Shown here one piece after another: positions 13,149 to 25,234 of a DNA stretch of 64,000 nucleotides (position 1 is the first letter of the stretch; every line of letters begins with the position of its first letter). Below the pieces are notes generated by a model, which saw nothing but the letters and a program-made list of their open reading frames with translations, searched no databases and was not told where the DNA came from. Source of the DNA: Mobula hypostoma (Eukaryota); contig NC_086109.1 in assembly GCF_963921235.1 (NCBI RefSeq), forward strand, positions 2,108,001 through 2,172,000, read 5' to 3'. A program made the position numbers and the translations under genes.

Positions 13149-13499
13149 AACTTCATTTCTTCCAGCTGTAACTGATCTGGTTTACTTTCAGGAAACCTTT
13201 CTAACACCTCCTCTTTAAACTCCCTTGAAGAAATATAGTACTCTGCTATTCTCCTCTGAATCTCCATCTTTTTCATAGACTATTTACCATAACAAATCCC
13301 AGCTTTTTAGCAATGGCCAACAAGTCATCCTTTTAGGCTTCCCCTAATGCCTCAGGGGTTGTCAATGCCAGAAATCCCTCAATATCCATTGCTGCTGGTT
13401 TCCAAACACAACTTAATCAAAAGGGAAGTAACCAATCAGATCAATAATCAATCAATCAGGAGGCTCCAATTTTGTTCAAATTGCGCCTGAACCCCTATC

Positions 13500-14186
13500 T
13501 TTTAAAACCACTATCTTTATTAGTATCTACTCAAAAATATAAGAGATTAAACAAAATAAACAGAAGTTAACAGTGTTATATGTGTGTGTAGCTCCCAAAC
13601 TGTCAAGCTTAGGAATAGTTCTTAAATCTTAAGATGGCAAACTAGAAAAGGTCCAATAATCCACGGAATAAATTATGGGAGAGATTTGTAACCACGTTAA
13701 AATGTAGAGAGGAGGCAATCACGAAAAGTTCCACAGTTTTCACGCTGGGTAAATGAAGTAACAGTCGCCGAAGATCTTATCAGTCGAGTCATTCCGAAAT
13801 GCTCATAGAAATATCACAAGGTGACGGTCACAGAATGTCCTTCAGCACAAGTGGTTACCACATAACACACCCGAATCCAGGTAAGGGTCAACAAAAGTGG
13901 TTGCCACAGGATACTCCGACAAAAATCCACATATGGATCACACATCCAATGTGTTGATCAACCCAATCCTTTGGGCATGGGAAAGTATCAGACTCTACCC
14001 ATTTTACAGCAAGCCCCTGTTGGCAGCTTGTGGTCCAAAGCTTCCTCGCTCTCTCTCTCCCTCTCTCTTCTTACTACTGAAAATTCCAGTGATCCATGGC
14101 AACTTGTTATACTGACATCATAGTCCCACCTGATCCTGGTGTGTTAAGGTGACACTCACAGTAAACGAAACAGTGGTCACGTAACA
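13500..14186 (-). repeat. Shared middle LTR, lacking ~50 bp at its left end
   Basis: Matches 21025-21705. A PPT (minus-strand ggtgggagg) abuts 14186; a PBS-like and leader/gag sequence lies on the other side. Confidence 0.9.
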
Positions 14187-14929
14187 CCTCCCACCAAAAA
14201 GGAGAATTTTGATCTGTAAGAGTAAAATTTTACCTGCAAACTGCAATATTTAAAACAATACATATAAGGCTACCATATAGAATACTACAGACTAATACAA
14301 CATATTGCAGAACCGTATACAAATAGTAAATTCAACTCCACTATTAAAAAAAATATATAGCAAGCTTAACATCTGGAAAGACAATCGGCCATTATATTAT
14401 CCTTGCCTTTAATGTCAGTTATCAAGAGATCATACTCCTGCAAAATCAAACTCCAATTTAACAACCTTCTAGTTTTGTTTTTCACCTTACTCAAAAACAC
14501 CAATGGATTATGATCTGTATAAACCACAAGTGGTTTCTGAGCTGGGTAAACATACACATCAAAATGCCACAATGCCAAAATAAGTGATAATAATTCCTTC
14601 TCTATTGTGGAGTAATGTATTTGATGCTCATTGAATTTCTTTGAAAGGTAAGCCACAGGATGGTCAACATCATCATAATCATCCTTCGTAGTAACACTGC
14701 TCCTGCAGCTTCATCACTGGCATCCACAGCTATGGAGAATGGCTTTGCAAAGTCAGCTGACCTGAGCACAGGTTGGTGACAGAAGATGGCTTTCAATTTA
14801 TCAAATGCCTCCTGACAAGGCTCTGTCCAAACAAACTTTTCACTCTTCTTCAGGAGGTTAGTCAATGGGAGAGCAATAACAGCAACGTTTTTACAGAACT
14901 GGCAATAATATCCAACCAGTCCCAACAAT

Positions 14930-15200
14930 CTTCCCACATCAAAGTTGCTGGTGAACACAGCAGGCCAGGCAGCATCTGTAGGAAGAGGTGACTAACTGAA
15001 GGAAGAGTGAGTAAGGGATTTGAAAGTTGGAGGGAGAGGGGGAGATCTCTTACTAGCTCTTCCTTCAATTAGTCCTGACGAAGGGTCTCGGCCTGAAACG
15101 TCGACTGCACCTCTTCCTAGAGATGCTGCCTGGCCTGCTGCGTTCACCAGCAACTTTGATGTGTGTTGCTTGAATTTCCAGCATCTGCAGAATTCCTGTT
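14930..15200 (+). repeat. Penelope-derived inverted-repeat element inserted in Gypsy pol
   Basis: Arms aaagttgctggtgaac...gcagcatct / agatgctgcc...ttcaccagcaacttt flank the hammerhead motif. Confidence 0.8.
15071..15106 (+). ncRNA. Minimal type I hammerhead ribozyme motif
   Basis: AGUC-CUGACGA-A-GGG-UCUCGG-CCU-GAAA-C-GUC/GACU: complete catalytic core, helix I AGUC:GACU, palindromic ACGU helix III, predicted cleavage after C15102. Activity not shown. Confidence 0.75.
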
Positions 15201-17862
15201 GTTTGTTGCCAACAATCTTCTGAGAGCTATTTTACCAGTTGGAATGGGAACCTCAGAAATTGCCTGAACTTTTGCCTGAACAGGAGCCAGCCTGCCCTGA
15301 CCTACAACATAACCAAGATAGGTCACAGTGGCATGGCTAAATTCACTCTTAGCTAAGTTAAGTGTACGTTTGGCCTTTGAGAGCCTGTCAAACAGCTTTT
15401 CCACTGCAGAGATATGGGTTTCCCATGTGTCATTCCCTGTGACCAAATCATCAATATAGGCATCCTTTGAATTACAGAATTAATCATTCCCTGGAATGTT
15501 CTTGGAGCATTTTTCATTCCAAATGGCAGAACATTGTATTCATACAACCCAGAAGGCATTAGAAATGCAGTAATTTTCCTACCTCTCTCCGTTCATGGAA
15601 CACACCAATATCCTTTTAACAGATCGATCTTTGTAAGAAACTTAGCCTTTCCAACCTTGTCCACACAATCATTCACTCTAGGGATGGGATAAGCACCTGT
15701 TTTTATTATAGCATTCACCTTTCTGTAATCTGTGCAAAACCTGATACTACCATCTGCTTTAGGTACCATAACACAAGCTGAGATCCAACATGAAGTAGAA
15801 TGCTTAATAATACTATTTTCTAACATATACTCAATTTCTTGTTCAGCAACTCTACATTTTTCAATATTCATGCAATATGGATGTTGTTTTATAGGTTTGG
15901 TATCCCCGACAGCTACATCATGTGAAGCTACTGTGGTTCTTTTTGGGACATTAGGGAACAAGTCCCTAAATTTCATGATCAACTGCTTCATTTGCTGCCG
16001 CTGCTGTGGTTATACATGAGCCAATTTCTCATCAAGAATTTCCAAAACAGTCAAATTCGTCAGTCTGGCAGAAATAATGTTTGGTTTAAAATAGGCCTCA
16101 GATGGATCAGCTAATAAGTTCCCAGAGAGGTTAGATTCATTGTTATTGACAACAACAGTCACAGCTTCTGTCTGTTTCTGATGATACAGCTTAAGCATGT
16201 TTATGTGACAAAGCTGCATTGGCCTTTGTCTATCTGGTGTTTTGACTACATAATCCACCACATTGACTTTAGACACAATCTCATAGGGACCATGAAACCT
16301 GGCTTGCAGAGGGTTTGTCTGGACTGGGAACAACACAAGGACTTTATCTCCTGCCTGGAATGACCTCAATTTGGCTCCCTTATCATACCAAGTTTTTATT
16401 CCTTCCTGGGCTGATTTTAAATTTTCCTTTTCTAAGTTGCAAGCCCTTTGCAATATGCCCTTGAATTTTAAAACGTAGTTTAGCAAATTAATATGCAGTT
16501 TATTGTTAATCCACTGTTCTTTTAATAAAGCCAAAGGTCCTTGGACCCGGTGCCCAAACACAAGTTCAAAGGTCCCTTACTGCAAATAAAAGCAAGTAAA
16601 CTTCCTCATCCCAATCCTTCTCATTTTCAATACAGGATGCCTTAATTGTGGTTTTGAGGGTAGAATGGAATCTTTCTAAGGCCCCTTGGGATTCTGGATG
16701 GTACGCAGACGACGCAGTTTGTTTGGCTCCCAGTTCATAAACTACCTGCTGAAATAATCCTGACATAAAATTACTTCCTTGATCAAACTGGATTTCTTTA
16801 GGCATACAAAATAAAGTGAAAAACTTTATGAGAGCCTTTGACACAGTTTGAGCTTTTATATTCCTAAGAGGTATTGCTTCTGGAAATCTAGATGCTGTAC
16901 ACATGATGGTTAACAAATACTGATGGCCAGCTTTACTCTTTGGCAATGGGCCAACACAATCCACAATAACTTTAGAAAAGGGATCACCAAATGCAGGAAT
17001 AGGCTTCAGTGGGGCCACTGGGGTAACCTGATTAGGTTTAGCCACAACCTGCCCACTATGACAAGTTCGACAAAATGTCACAACATCTTTCCTCAAACTA
17101 GGCCAGAAGAATTGTTTCAAAACCTTGTCCACAGTTTTATTCACACCTAGATGGCCACCCAAGGGCATATTATGGGGCCAAGTTAAAATCTAATTCCTAT
17201 AGACTTCAGGAACTACAACCTGGTAAACAATTGCCCGTTCCTCACTTGCAAATATATCAGGTGGTCTCCACTTCCTCATTAACACCCCATCCTTGATATA
17301 ATATCCTACTGGCACTTTCTCAACCTCATCACCTGAGAGAGCTTTTTCTCCTCAAGGTTGCAATCTCAGGGTCTCTGTTCTGTTCTGCTATAAATCCTTT
17401 CTGGACAGAGACAAATCTTTATAGTCAGACCTAATACAAGAATCTTGGTCAAACAATGAAGGCAGGAAATTCGCTGACAAGTCACCAAAATCTGAGTGCC
17501 TGTTTGGGCTATCATGAGCAGCGGAACCATGCTGCACAGGATCATCTGCATTTGCAAGTTTCTTTGCCCTAGCTCGAGTTACTGCACACGAGGGATAAAT
17601 GTTAGAATCTATCGTTGGATCATCAGTGATTGGCTTAATTGTCAGCTGCACAGCAGGGACAACTTTGCCATCAGCTAGGTCATTCCCTAACAACACAGAA
17701 ACACCTGTCACTGTAAACTGGGTCATAGTCCTATCTTAACAGGTCCTGAAACTAACTCTGACTTCAAAATTACCTTGTGCAGAGGTACAGAAACAGTGTC
17801 ACCCCCAATGCCTTGAATAAGATTTACCTCACCAGTGGCAGTCTCATCACCAAACTTTAGAA

Positions 17863-19026
17863 CGGGGTTCCCAACCTTTTAAGCACTGCGGACCGGCCAA
17901 CGGGGGGAGGAGATGGTTGCCAACGGACAAGAATAGCAGTCAAATATGTTGTGTTTACCCCGAGAAAGACTACAATGACCATGAAGCCTGGCTCGGGCAC
18001 CTGTGGGCGCATGCGTGTACGTGCCCTTTTTTTTCTACAAATCGTTTTTGGCGATTCTGTTCGTGGGGGGCGTTAATCATGATCGAAATACAGGTGATAA
18101 GTGGCTAATACACTCAATTTCATTTCTAAAAGGGTTTACCTAACAAATTTAATATTAAACACACACCGCATATTTTCCTCACATGAATATAGTGATAAGT
18201 CAATTATCAGGGGAGGACAGGGGAGCTTGAAGTAAGTGTTGAACAAACTTCCAGTAGAAGTGGTAGAGGCAGGTTCGTTATTATCATTAAAAGAAAAATT
18301 GGATAGGTATATGGACAGGAAAGGAATGGACGGTTATGGGCTGAGTGCAGGACTAGGTGAGAGTAAACGTTCGGCACGGACTAAAAGGGCCGAGATTGCT
18401 TGTTTCCGTGCTGTGATTGTTATATGGTTATATAAGTCACTTATAAGTCAATAGCATCATAACATTTCAAGTAACGTTTGGATATTAAACACACAGCACA
18501 TATTTTCCCTGTATGAACATATAAAATCATTGCAACACACCAATATCGCTAAATCAGTGGGAGCCCTGGGCTTGTTTCCCTGCAACAAGACGGTCCTATC
18601 GAGGGGTGATGGGAGACAAGGATACTCGAAGGGGGTTCCTTATGTCCAGTCTATTCCACAATTTAGTTTTTGTTACATTCATTGCAGAGATATGTTGGAA
18701 ATGGAAGCAATGTTTTCAGTGCTTTCATGGCTATCTCAGGCTATTTAGCCTTGACTTTGATCCAGAATGCCGGCAGAGACGTTATGTCAAACATATTTTT
18801 CAGCCCGCCGTCATTTGCAAGCTCGAGGAGTTGATCTCCTTCCCGCACTGACATGGATGATACGCGGGTAAGGACCTCGCATGCGTTCAAGGTCAACAGT
18901 GCGTGACAGGGAATGAGGAAAGGTGCAGCTGACTCATATCGCCAAATCAATTCGTTTCCTTGCGGCCCGGTAGCACATGCTTTGTGGCCCGGTACCGGTC
19001 CACGGCCCAGTGGTTGGGGACCGCTG
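17863..19026. mobile_element. Non-autonomous hAT (Charlie-like) element inserted in the Gypsy protease region; carries a CR1 3' fragment at ~18215-18420
   Basis: Ends cggggttcccaacc and (rc) cagcggtccccaacc. Flanks ctttagaa/gactagaa match 5 of 8. The Gypsy frame DSVL|KFGDETATG rejoins when the element is removed. Confidence 0.75.
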
Positions 19027-19986
19027 GACTAGAACACTGTCTAACAAGAGTGACTGAGAAGCCCCCGTATCTCGAAGAATTTTCACTGGTACCACGGTTG
19101 ACCCCTCATTCACTGAAGCAAACCCCACTGACACAAAAGGAATGAATTCTTTCCTAACCGGGTCAGACATCTCAGCCCCTGTCAGAGCTTCATCAGAAGG
19201 TCTGGAACTCTGTGGGTTTACAGGTGTTTCAACATATTGAACACAGGCATCTGGAACTGCCTCCTTTTCCTTCTTCTTCTTTAGGAGGAAACAGTTAGCC
19301 ATAACATGACCAGCTTTCCTGCAGTAGTGACAAATAGGACCAGAACGCCTCTCCTTTAACTGCTTCCCTTCATCCTTACCTTTGTCACTAGTCCCAGATT
19401 TAATTTCTGGTTTACCCTGACTATCCATGCTACTCTTTTGGAAGGTCTTACTCAGGGTAAATTTAAACTTGTGGGATAGAGCAAACTCATCTGACTAATT
19501 TAGCAGATTCTTGCCAAGTGGCCGCATCCTTCTCATCTAAATATGTCTTTATGTCATTATGGACGCACCTTTGAAATTCTTCAATTAAAACTAACTCTTT
19601 CAGTTTGCCGAAATCACCATCCACACTTTTAGATGTGCACAACCGTTCAAAACAAACAGACTTCTCATCAGCAAATTCCACATGAGTCTGGTTCACAGAT
19701 TTCTTCAAATTCCTAAACCTTTGCCTGTAGGCTTCTGGAACCAGCTCCTAAGCTTTAAGCACAGCCTGCTTTACTGTCTCATAATTAGCTGCATCTTCAA
19801 CTGATAGGGCAGAGTAAGCCTGCTGAGCATTACCCTTAATTACACTCTGTAACAGAAGTATTTATCAACCTCAGCCCCATCAAATGGGTGGACCAATTTA
19901 ACTTCCTTCCTAACTGGCAACAAACCTATCACCAGTGTCAAATGCTAGACCCCCCAGCAGTAGCTTCTCTGACCTCGCTAGCTCAA

Positions 19987-20552
19987 ACATAGAACATAGA
20001 ATAGTACAGCACAGTACAGGCCCTTTGGCCCACAATGTTGTGCCGACCCTCAAACCCTGCCTCTCATATAAGCCCCCACCTTAGATTCCTCCATATACTT
20101 GTCTAGTAGTCTCTTAAACTTCACTAGTGTATCTGCCTCCACCACTGACTCAGGCAGTGCATTCCACGCACCAACCACTCTCTGAGTAAAAAACCTTCCT
20201 CTAATATCCCCCTTGAACTTCCCACCCCTTACCTTAAAGCCATGTCCTCTTGTATTCAGCAGTGGTGCCCTGGGGAAGAGGCGCTGGCTATCCACTCTAT
20301 CTATTCCTGTTATTATCTTGTACACCTCTATCATGTCTCCTCTCATCCTCCTTCTCTCCAAAGAGTAAAGCCCTAGCTCCCTTAATCTCTGATCATAATG
20401 CATACTTTCTAAACCAGGCAGCAGCATGGTAAATCTCCTCTGTACCCTTTCCAATGCTTCCACATCCTTCCTATAGTGAGGTGACCAGAACTGGACACAG
20501 TACTCCAAGTGTGGCCTAACCAGAGTTTTATAGAGCTGCATCATTACAACCT
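19987..20552 (-). mobile_element. Young 5'-truncated CR1 inserted in Gypsy gag
   Basis: Intact 164-aa ORF2 C-terminus (20050..20544), tail (ctatgtt)n, nearly identical to 24677-25234. Gag EKQRR|FELAR rejoins across it. Confidence 0.95.
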
Positions 20553-20977
20553 CCTTTGTTTTTCTGCTTCCGCAGCTTCAAACTGTCTTTGTCTTTCCCT
20601 GTCCTCTAATTTAAGTCTCTCTAACTTCATTTCTTCCAGCTGTAACTGATCTGGTTTACTTTCAGGAAACCTTTCTAACACCTCCTCTTTAAACTCCCTC
20701 GAAGAAAAATAGTACTCTGCTATTCTCCTCTGAATCTCTACCTTTTTCATGAATGATTTTACCTAAACAATTCCCAGCTTTTTAACAATGGCCAACAAGT
20801 CATCCTTTTAGGCTTCCCCTAATGCCTCAGGGGTTGTCAATGCCAGAAATCCCTCAATATCCATTGCTGCTGGCTTCCACACACAAGTCAATCAAAAGGA
20901 AAGTAATCAATCAGATCGATAATCAATCAATCAATAAGCTCCAATTTTGTTCAAATTGCAGCTGAACCCCCAATTTT

Positions 20978-21705
20978 TGTTACATACCAGCAGCAATAGA
21001 TCGCAAATGGAGTCAGGTTTCAATGTTAAAACCACTATCTTTATTAGTATCTACTCAAAAATATAAGAGATTAAACAAAATAAACAGAAGTTAAAAGTGT
21101 TATATGTGTGTGTGGCTCCCAAACTGTCAAGCTTAGGAATAGTTCTTAAAGTCTTAAGATGGCAAACTAGAAAAGGTCCAATAATCCACGGAATAAATTA
21201 TGGGAGAGATTTGTAACCACGTTAAAATGTAGAGAGGAGGCAATCACGAAAAGTTCCACAGTTTTCACGCTGGGTAAATGAAGTAACAGTCACTGAAGAT
21301 CTTATCCGTCAAGTCATTCCGAAATCCTCGTTGAAATATCACAAGGTGACGGTCACAGAATGTCCTTCAGCACAAGTGGTTACCACATAACACACCCGAA
21401 TCCAGGTAAGGGTCAACAAAAGTGGTTGCCACAGGATACTCCAACAAAAATCCACATATGGATCACACATCCAATGTGTTGATCAACCCAATCCTTTGGG
21501 CATGGGAAAGTATCAGACTTTACCCATTTTACAGCCAGACCCTGCTGGCAGCTTGTGGTCCAAAGCTTCCTCGCTCTCTCTCTCTCTTCTTACTACTCAA
21601 TATCCTAGCGGTCCATCACAGCTTGTTATACTGACGTCATAGCCCCACCTCATCCAGCCTTTTTAAAGTGACACTCACAGTAAACGAAACAGTAGTCACG
21701 TAACA
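20978..21705 (-). repeat. 5' LTR (728 bp)
   Basis: tgttacatacc...cacgtaaca. A PBS-like tgggggttcagc follows on the minus strand. AATAAA on the minus strand at 21040-21045. Confidence 0.92.
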
Positions 21706-22872
21706 TGTGATGACATGTGAGCTCATTCGCAGTCTGCTGCAGGAGACAGACCTGACAGATCTCACACCCCATGGATCAGATTAAAGCTCCACAGTCCCCT
21801 TACATCTCGTCATGGACAACAGCTGATGGGAGGTGGAGTCTCTATAAACATCCCCTCCCTCACTGACGGTGCGACCCAGCGTGTGAGTGCCAGAGATAAG
21901 GCTGATCATTCACATCCATGTTCAGACAGAAGTGCTGAGTGGATGATCTCCCTCAGCTTCCTCCTGAGATCCCCCATCACAGAAACCAGTCTCCAGACAA
22001 TTCAGTTCATTCCCTGTGATAGCGGTGTACTGGATACAGCAACAGCTATGGGACCAGACCTCACCCAGGTGTGGTACTGAAGACCTGTGCCACAGAACTA
22101 TGTGGATCTCTGTGCGAGCTGTTCCTGTACAGGTACATCATTGGCATCCCCTGACAATGTGGTTTTCTCAGGTCCGGTCCTGTCCTCAACCCTGGGCTGA
22201 TCTCAGAGAGACCACCTGCTCTGAGACTTGGGGGAGCTGGACAGGAGGAAGAAGGGATAGAGGTGGATACTTCACCTTTGATGGAATCTCTGCATCCCTC
22301 AATGAAGGAGAAGGAGGTGACCTTCCTCCCAGGTGGAGGTTGCCCTGAGGTGCAGGAACCACGTGGTGGGGAAGTTGGCTCCTTCAGGGTGCCAAGGACC
22401 ACACTGTGTGGGGGGAGTTGAATACGGGAGGGTGCCGCCTTCTTCCCCTGTCATGGCCACAGTCCAAAGGAGGACACCGTCCCGAAGAGAAGGGACTGGG
22501 GAGACTCCCGGGATACAAACCCCTCTGTAGATCAGGGTGATGCAACCATGATTCTTTTGCAAGGAGACCACTCTTTTCATCTCCATCGACGACGGCAATT
22601 ATCTTATCGTCTGGGGGAATTTCAGCTCCACCACTGGGGTACACAGTGGCCGCTGTGTGTACCTGTCAATGTCACTGCAGATACTCAGACAGGCTACTCC
22701 AACAAACCCTCCCAAACTCTCCACCTCTACCCCCAAGAATGAATGTCTTGGACACGGACAATCAGGCAGTGGGGTTCAGTAAAGAGTGGAATGGCCAGGA
22801 TCTCCCGTCACCCATTAATTAGGATGTTTCAGGAACTGGTAAAACCCAGGCCCCTCGCTGTGTCTCACTCAC

Positions 22873-23175
22873 CGTTCACTTCCAGTCGCACTCTCGCCTT
22901 AAGTTCAGCTCCAGAACCCACAGCAATTTCCACATCATAATCACCGGCATCCTCTCTCTGTAGATCACGGATTTCCAGACTGAAGTCCCCAGGATGAAGA
23001 GCTATCCGTCGCTTGTACTCCTCAGGACCGAAGCAGGAAATGTTTCCACTTCTGTATTCGGCTTTTCTGGTTCCTTTTGAGCTCCACACCACCTGAGAAA
23101 CGCCCGGCCCGACATTGATCCCAGCAGGTAAGGCGACCGTCTCTCCCCGAGCTCCTTTCACAGTCACCATCCATT
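22873..23175 (-). CDS. Gene A Ig V-set exon 3, CD2/SLAM/CEACAM-N-like, no B-F disulfide
   Basis: Acceptor cttttctcctcag|AA, donor AACG|gtgagt; 303 nt, phase 1-1. Motifs VVW, RIALHPGDFSLEIRDLQREDAGDYDV. Confidence 0.9.
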
Positions 23176-23439
23176 CTGAGGAGAAAAGAGGAGGCAGTCA
23201 GCAGGTGAGCTCCGTGACTGGAGCAGGAATCAGAGTGAGGGGGGTGTTGGGAGGGTGTTTCCCCCTCTTGTGGGATCTAGAACAAGGGCACAGTTTTAGA
23301 ATAAGAGACCATAATTTCTGAGAGAGATGAGGAATGATTTCCCCTCTCCAAGGATCAGGAACCTATGGAATTTTCTCCCCCAGAGAGGTGCTGAGTCACT
23401 GTATTCAAAGCTGAGAGGGATATAGTTCTGAGGGTAGTG

Positions 23440-23815
23440 ATACCTTTAAACATCATTACCTGGCATCTGTATGCTGGAATTGCATGGGTTAAATTGAGAG
23501 TGTTTACTGGGAATTAGATATCACTACATCTTGGTAATGACATGTTTCTGTGGACCCAGCTTGGGTTTTATTTACTGGTTCTCTAATGCATTTTAATCTG
23601 ATGAGCGGTCGGGGATGGGGGGGTTGTTGCTCGCCACCGCTTACACGCTGGAAGGGGGAGCTGGAGGGGGGGGGATCTTAGCGGTTCTCACATTTAACTG
23701 TCGTTCATTCTTTGGGGCACTTTGTTTTTGTGGATGTTTTGCGAAGAAAAGGAATTTCAGGATGTATATTGTATACATTTCTCTGTCATTAAATTGAAAC
23801 TCTGAACCTTTGAAA
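23440..23815 (+). repeat. Non-LTR retroelement 3' end; a related copy is inverted at ~52860-53120
   Basis: Shared text ...ttctttggggcact...ttcaggatgtatatt...tacatttctctg(t/a)cattaaat. Absent from the paralogous intron near 27520-27560. Confidence 0.6.
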
Positions 23816-23949
23816 GACGCAGGGAAGTGGAGCTGAGATCAGGGTCAGACCAACCCCGAATTCAGTGAGCGGGGAGTCGGCTTGAGGTGGGTGAAAGGCC
23901 ACTCACTGTTCCTTGGATAGAAATACAGATGGGAGGGTTAGGATGTTTG

Positions 23950-25234
23950 TAGATGAGATAAGGGCAGATCGTGTCTAACAATCCTGTAGATGAGGGCAGA
24001 TCATGTCTAACAAGCCTGATAGAGTTCTTTGAGGAGGTGACCAGGCATATAGATGAGGGTAGTGCAGTGGATGTGATCTATATGGATTTTAGTAAGGCAT
24101 TTGACAAGGTTCCACACGGTAGGCTTATTCAGAAAGTTAGAAGGCATGGGATCCAGGGAAGTTTGGCCAGGTGGATTCAGAATTGGCTTGCCTGCAGAAG
24201 GCAGAGGGTGGTGGTGGAGGGAGTACATTCAGATTGGAGGGTTGTGACTAGTGGTGTCCCACAAGGTTCAGTTCTGGGACCTCCACTTTTCATGATTTTT
24301 ATTAACGATCTGGATGTCGGGGTAGAAGGGTGGGTTGGCAAGTTTGCAGACGACACAAAGGTTGGTGGTGTTGTAGATAGTGTAGAGGATTGTCAACGAC
24401 TGCAGAGAGACATTGATAGGATGCAGAAGTGGGCTGAGAAGTGGCAGATGGAGTTCAACCCGGAGAAGTGTGAGGTGGTACACTTTGGAAGGACAAACTC
24501 CAAGGCAGAGTACAAAGTAAATGGCAGGATACTTGATAGTGTGGAGGAGCAAAGGGATCTCGGGGTACATGTCCACAGATCCCTGAAAGTTGCCTCACAG
24601 GTGGATAGGGTAGTTAAGAAAGCTTATGGGGTGTTAGCTTTCATAAGTTGAGGGATAGAGTTTAAGAGTCGCGATGTAATGATGCAGCTCTATAAAACTC
24701 TGGTTAGGCCACACTTGGAGTATTGTGTCCATTTCTAGTCACCTCACTATAGGAAGGATGTGGAAGCATTGGAAAGGGTACAGAGGAGATTTACCAGGAT
24801 GCTGCCTGGTTTAGAGAGTATGCATTATGATCAGAGATTAAGGGAGCTAGGGCTTTACTCTTTGGAGAGAAGGAGGATGAGAGGAGACATGATAGAGGTG
24901 TACAAGATAATAAGAGGAATAGATAGAGTGGATAGCCAGCACCTCTTCCCCAGGGCACCACTGCTCAATACAAGAGGACATGGCTTTAAGGTAAGGCGTG
25001 GGAAGTTCAAGGGGGATATTAGAGGAAGGTTTTTTACTCAGAGAGTGGTTGGTGCGTGGAATGCACTGCCTGAGTCAGTGGTGGAGGCAGATACACTCGT
25101 GAAGTTTAAGAGACTACTAGACAGGTATATGGAGGAATCTAAGGTGGGGGCTTATATGGGGGGCAGGGTTTGAGGGTCGGCACAACATTGTGGGCCGAAG
25201 GACCTGTACTGTGCTGTACTATTCTATGTTCTAT
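23950..25234 (+). mobile_element. Young 5'-truncated CR1, RT to 3' tail
   Basis: ORFs 23971..24651 (YMDFSKAFDKVPH, PQGSVLGP, KFADDTK) and 24760..25173, separated by two point stops; tail ctattctatgttctat. Confidence 0.95.

Larger units (their letters stand above)
14366..17300 (-). pseudogene. Disrupted pol: integrase (17300-16010), RT (15991-15200), RNase H (14958-14366)
   Basis: ORF track motifs in that order on the minus strand; frameshifts and insertions present. Confidence 0.88.
12826..21705 (-). mobile_element. Gmr1-like Ty3/Gypsy LTR retrotransposon: one near full-length copy plus a deleted tandem copy
   Basis: TG...CA LTRs. Minus-strand gag with CHYCRKAGHVMANC knuckle, protease LRDTGASQS, integrase (HLGVNKT...CRTC; DCVGPLP; YHPESQGALER), RT (CTDYRKVN, LPFGMKNAP), RNase H (FSIAVDASDEAAG). 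Confidence 0.93.

Noticed and set aside
22384-22644. Possible fourth, decayed V exon (DDKIIAVVDG...HHPDLQRG; shares gatctacagag with V3)
   Set aside because: No convincing acceptor/donor pair, C-strand Trp or DxGxY motif; the similarity is too short. An HMM search could revisit it.
22820-22872. CACAGCG just after V3 as a V(D)J recombination signal
   Set aside because: No nonamer match at 12- or 23-bp spacing. A splice donor lies between exon and heptamer, and V1 and V2 lack it.
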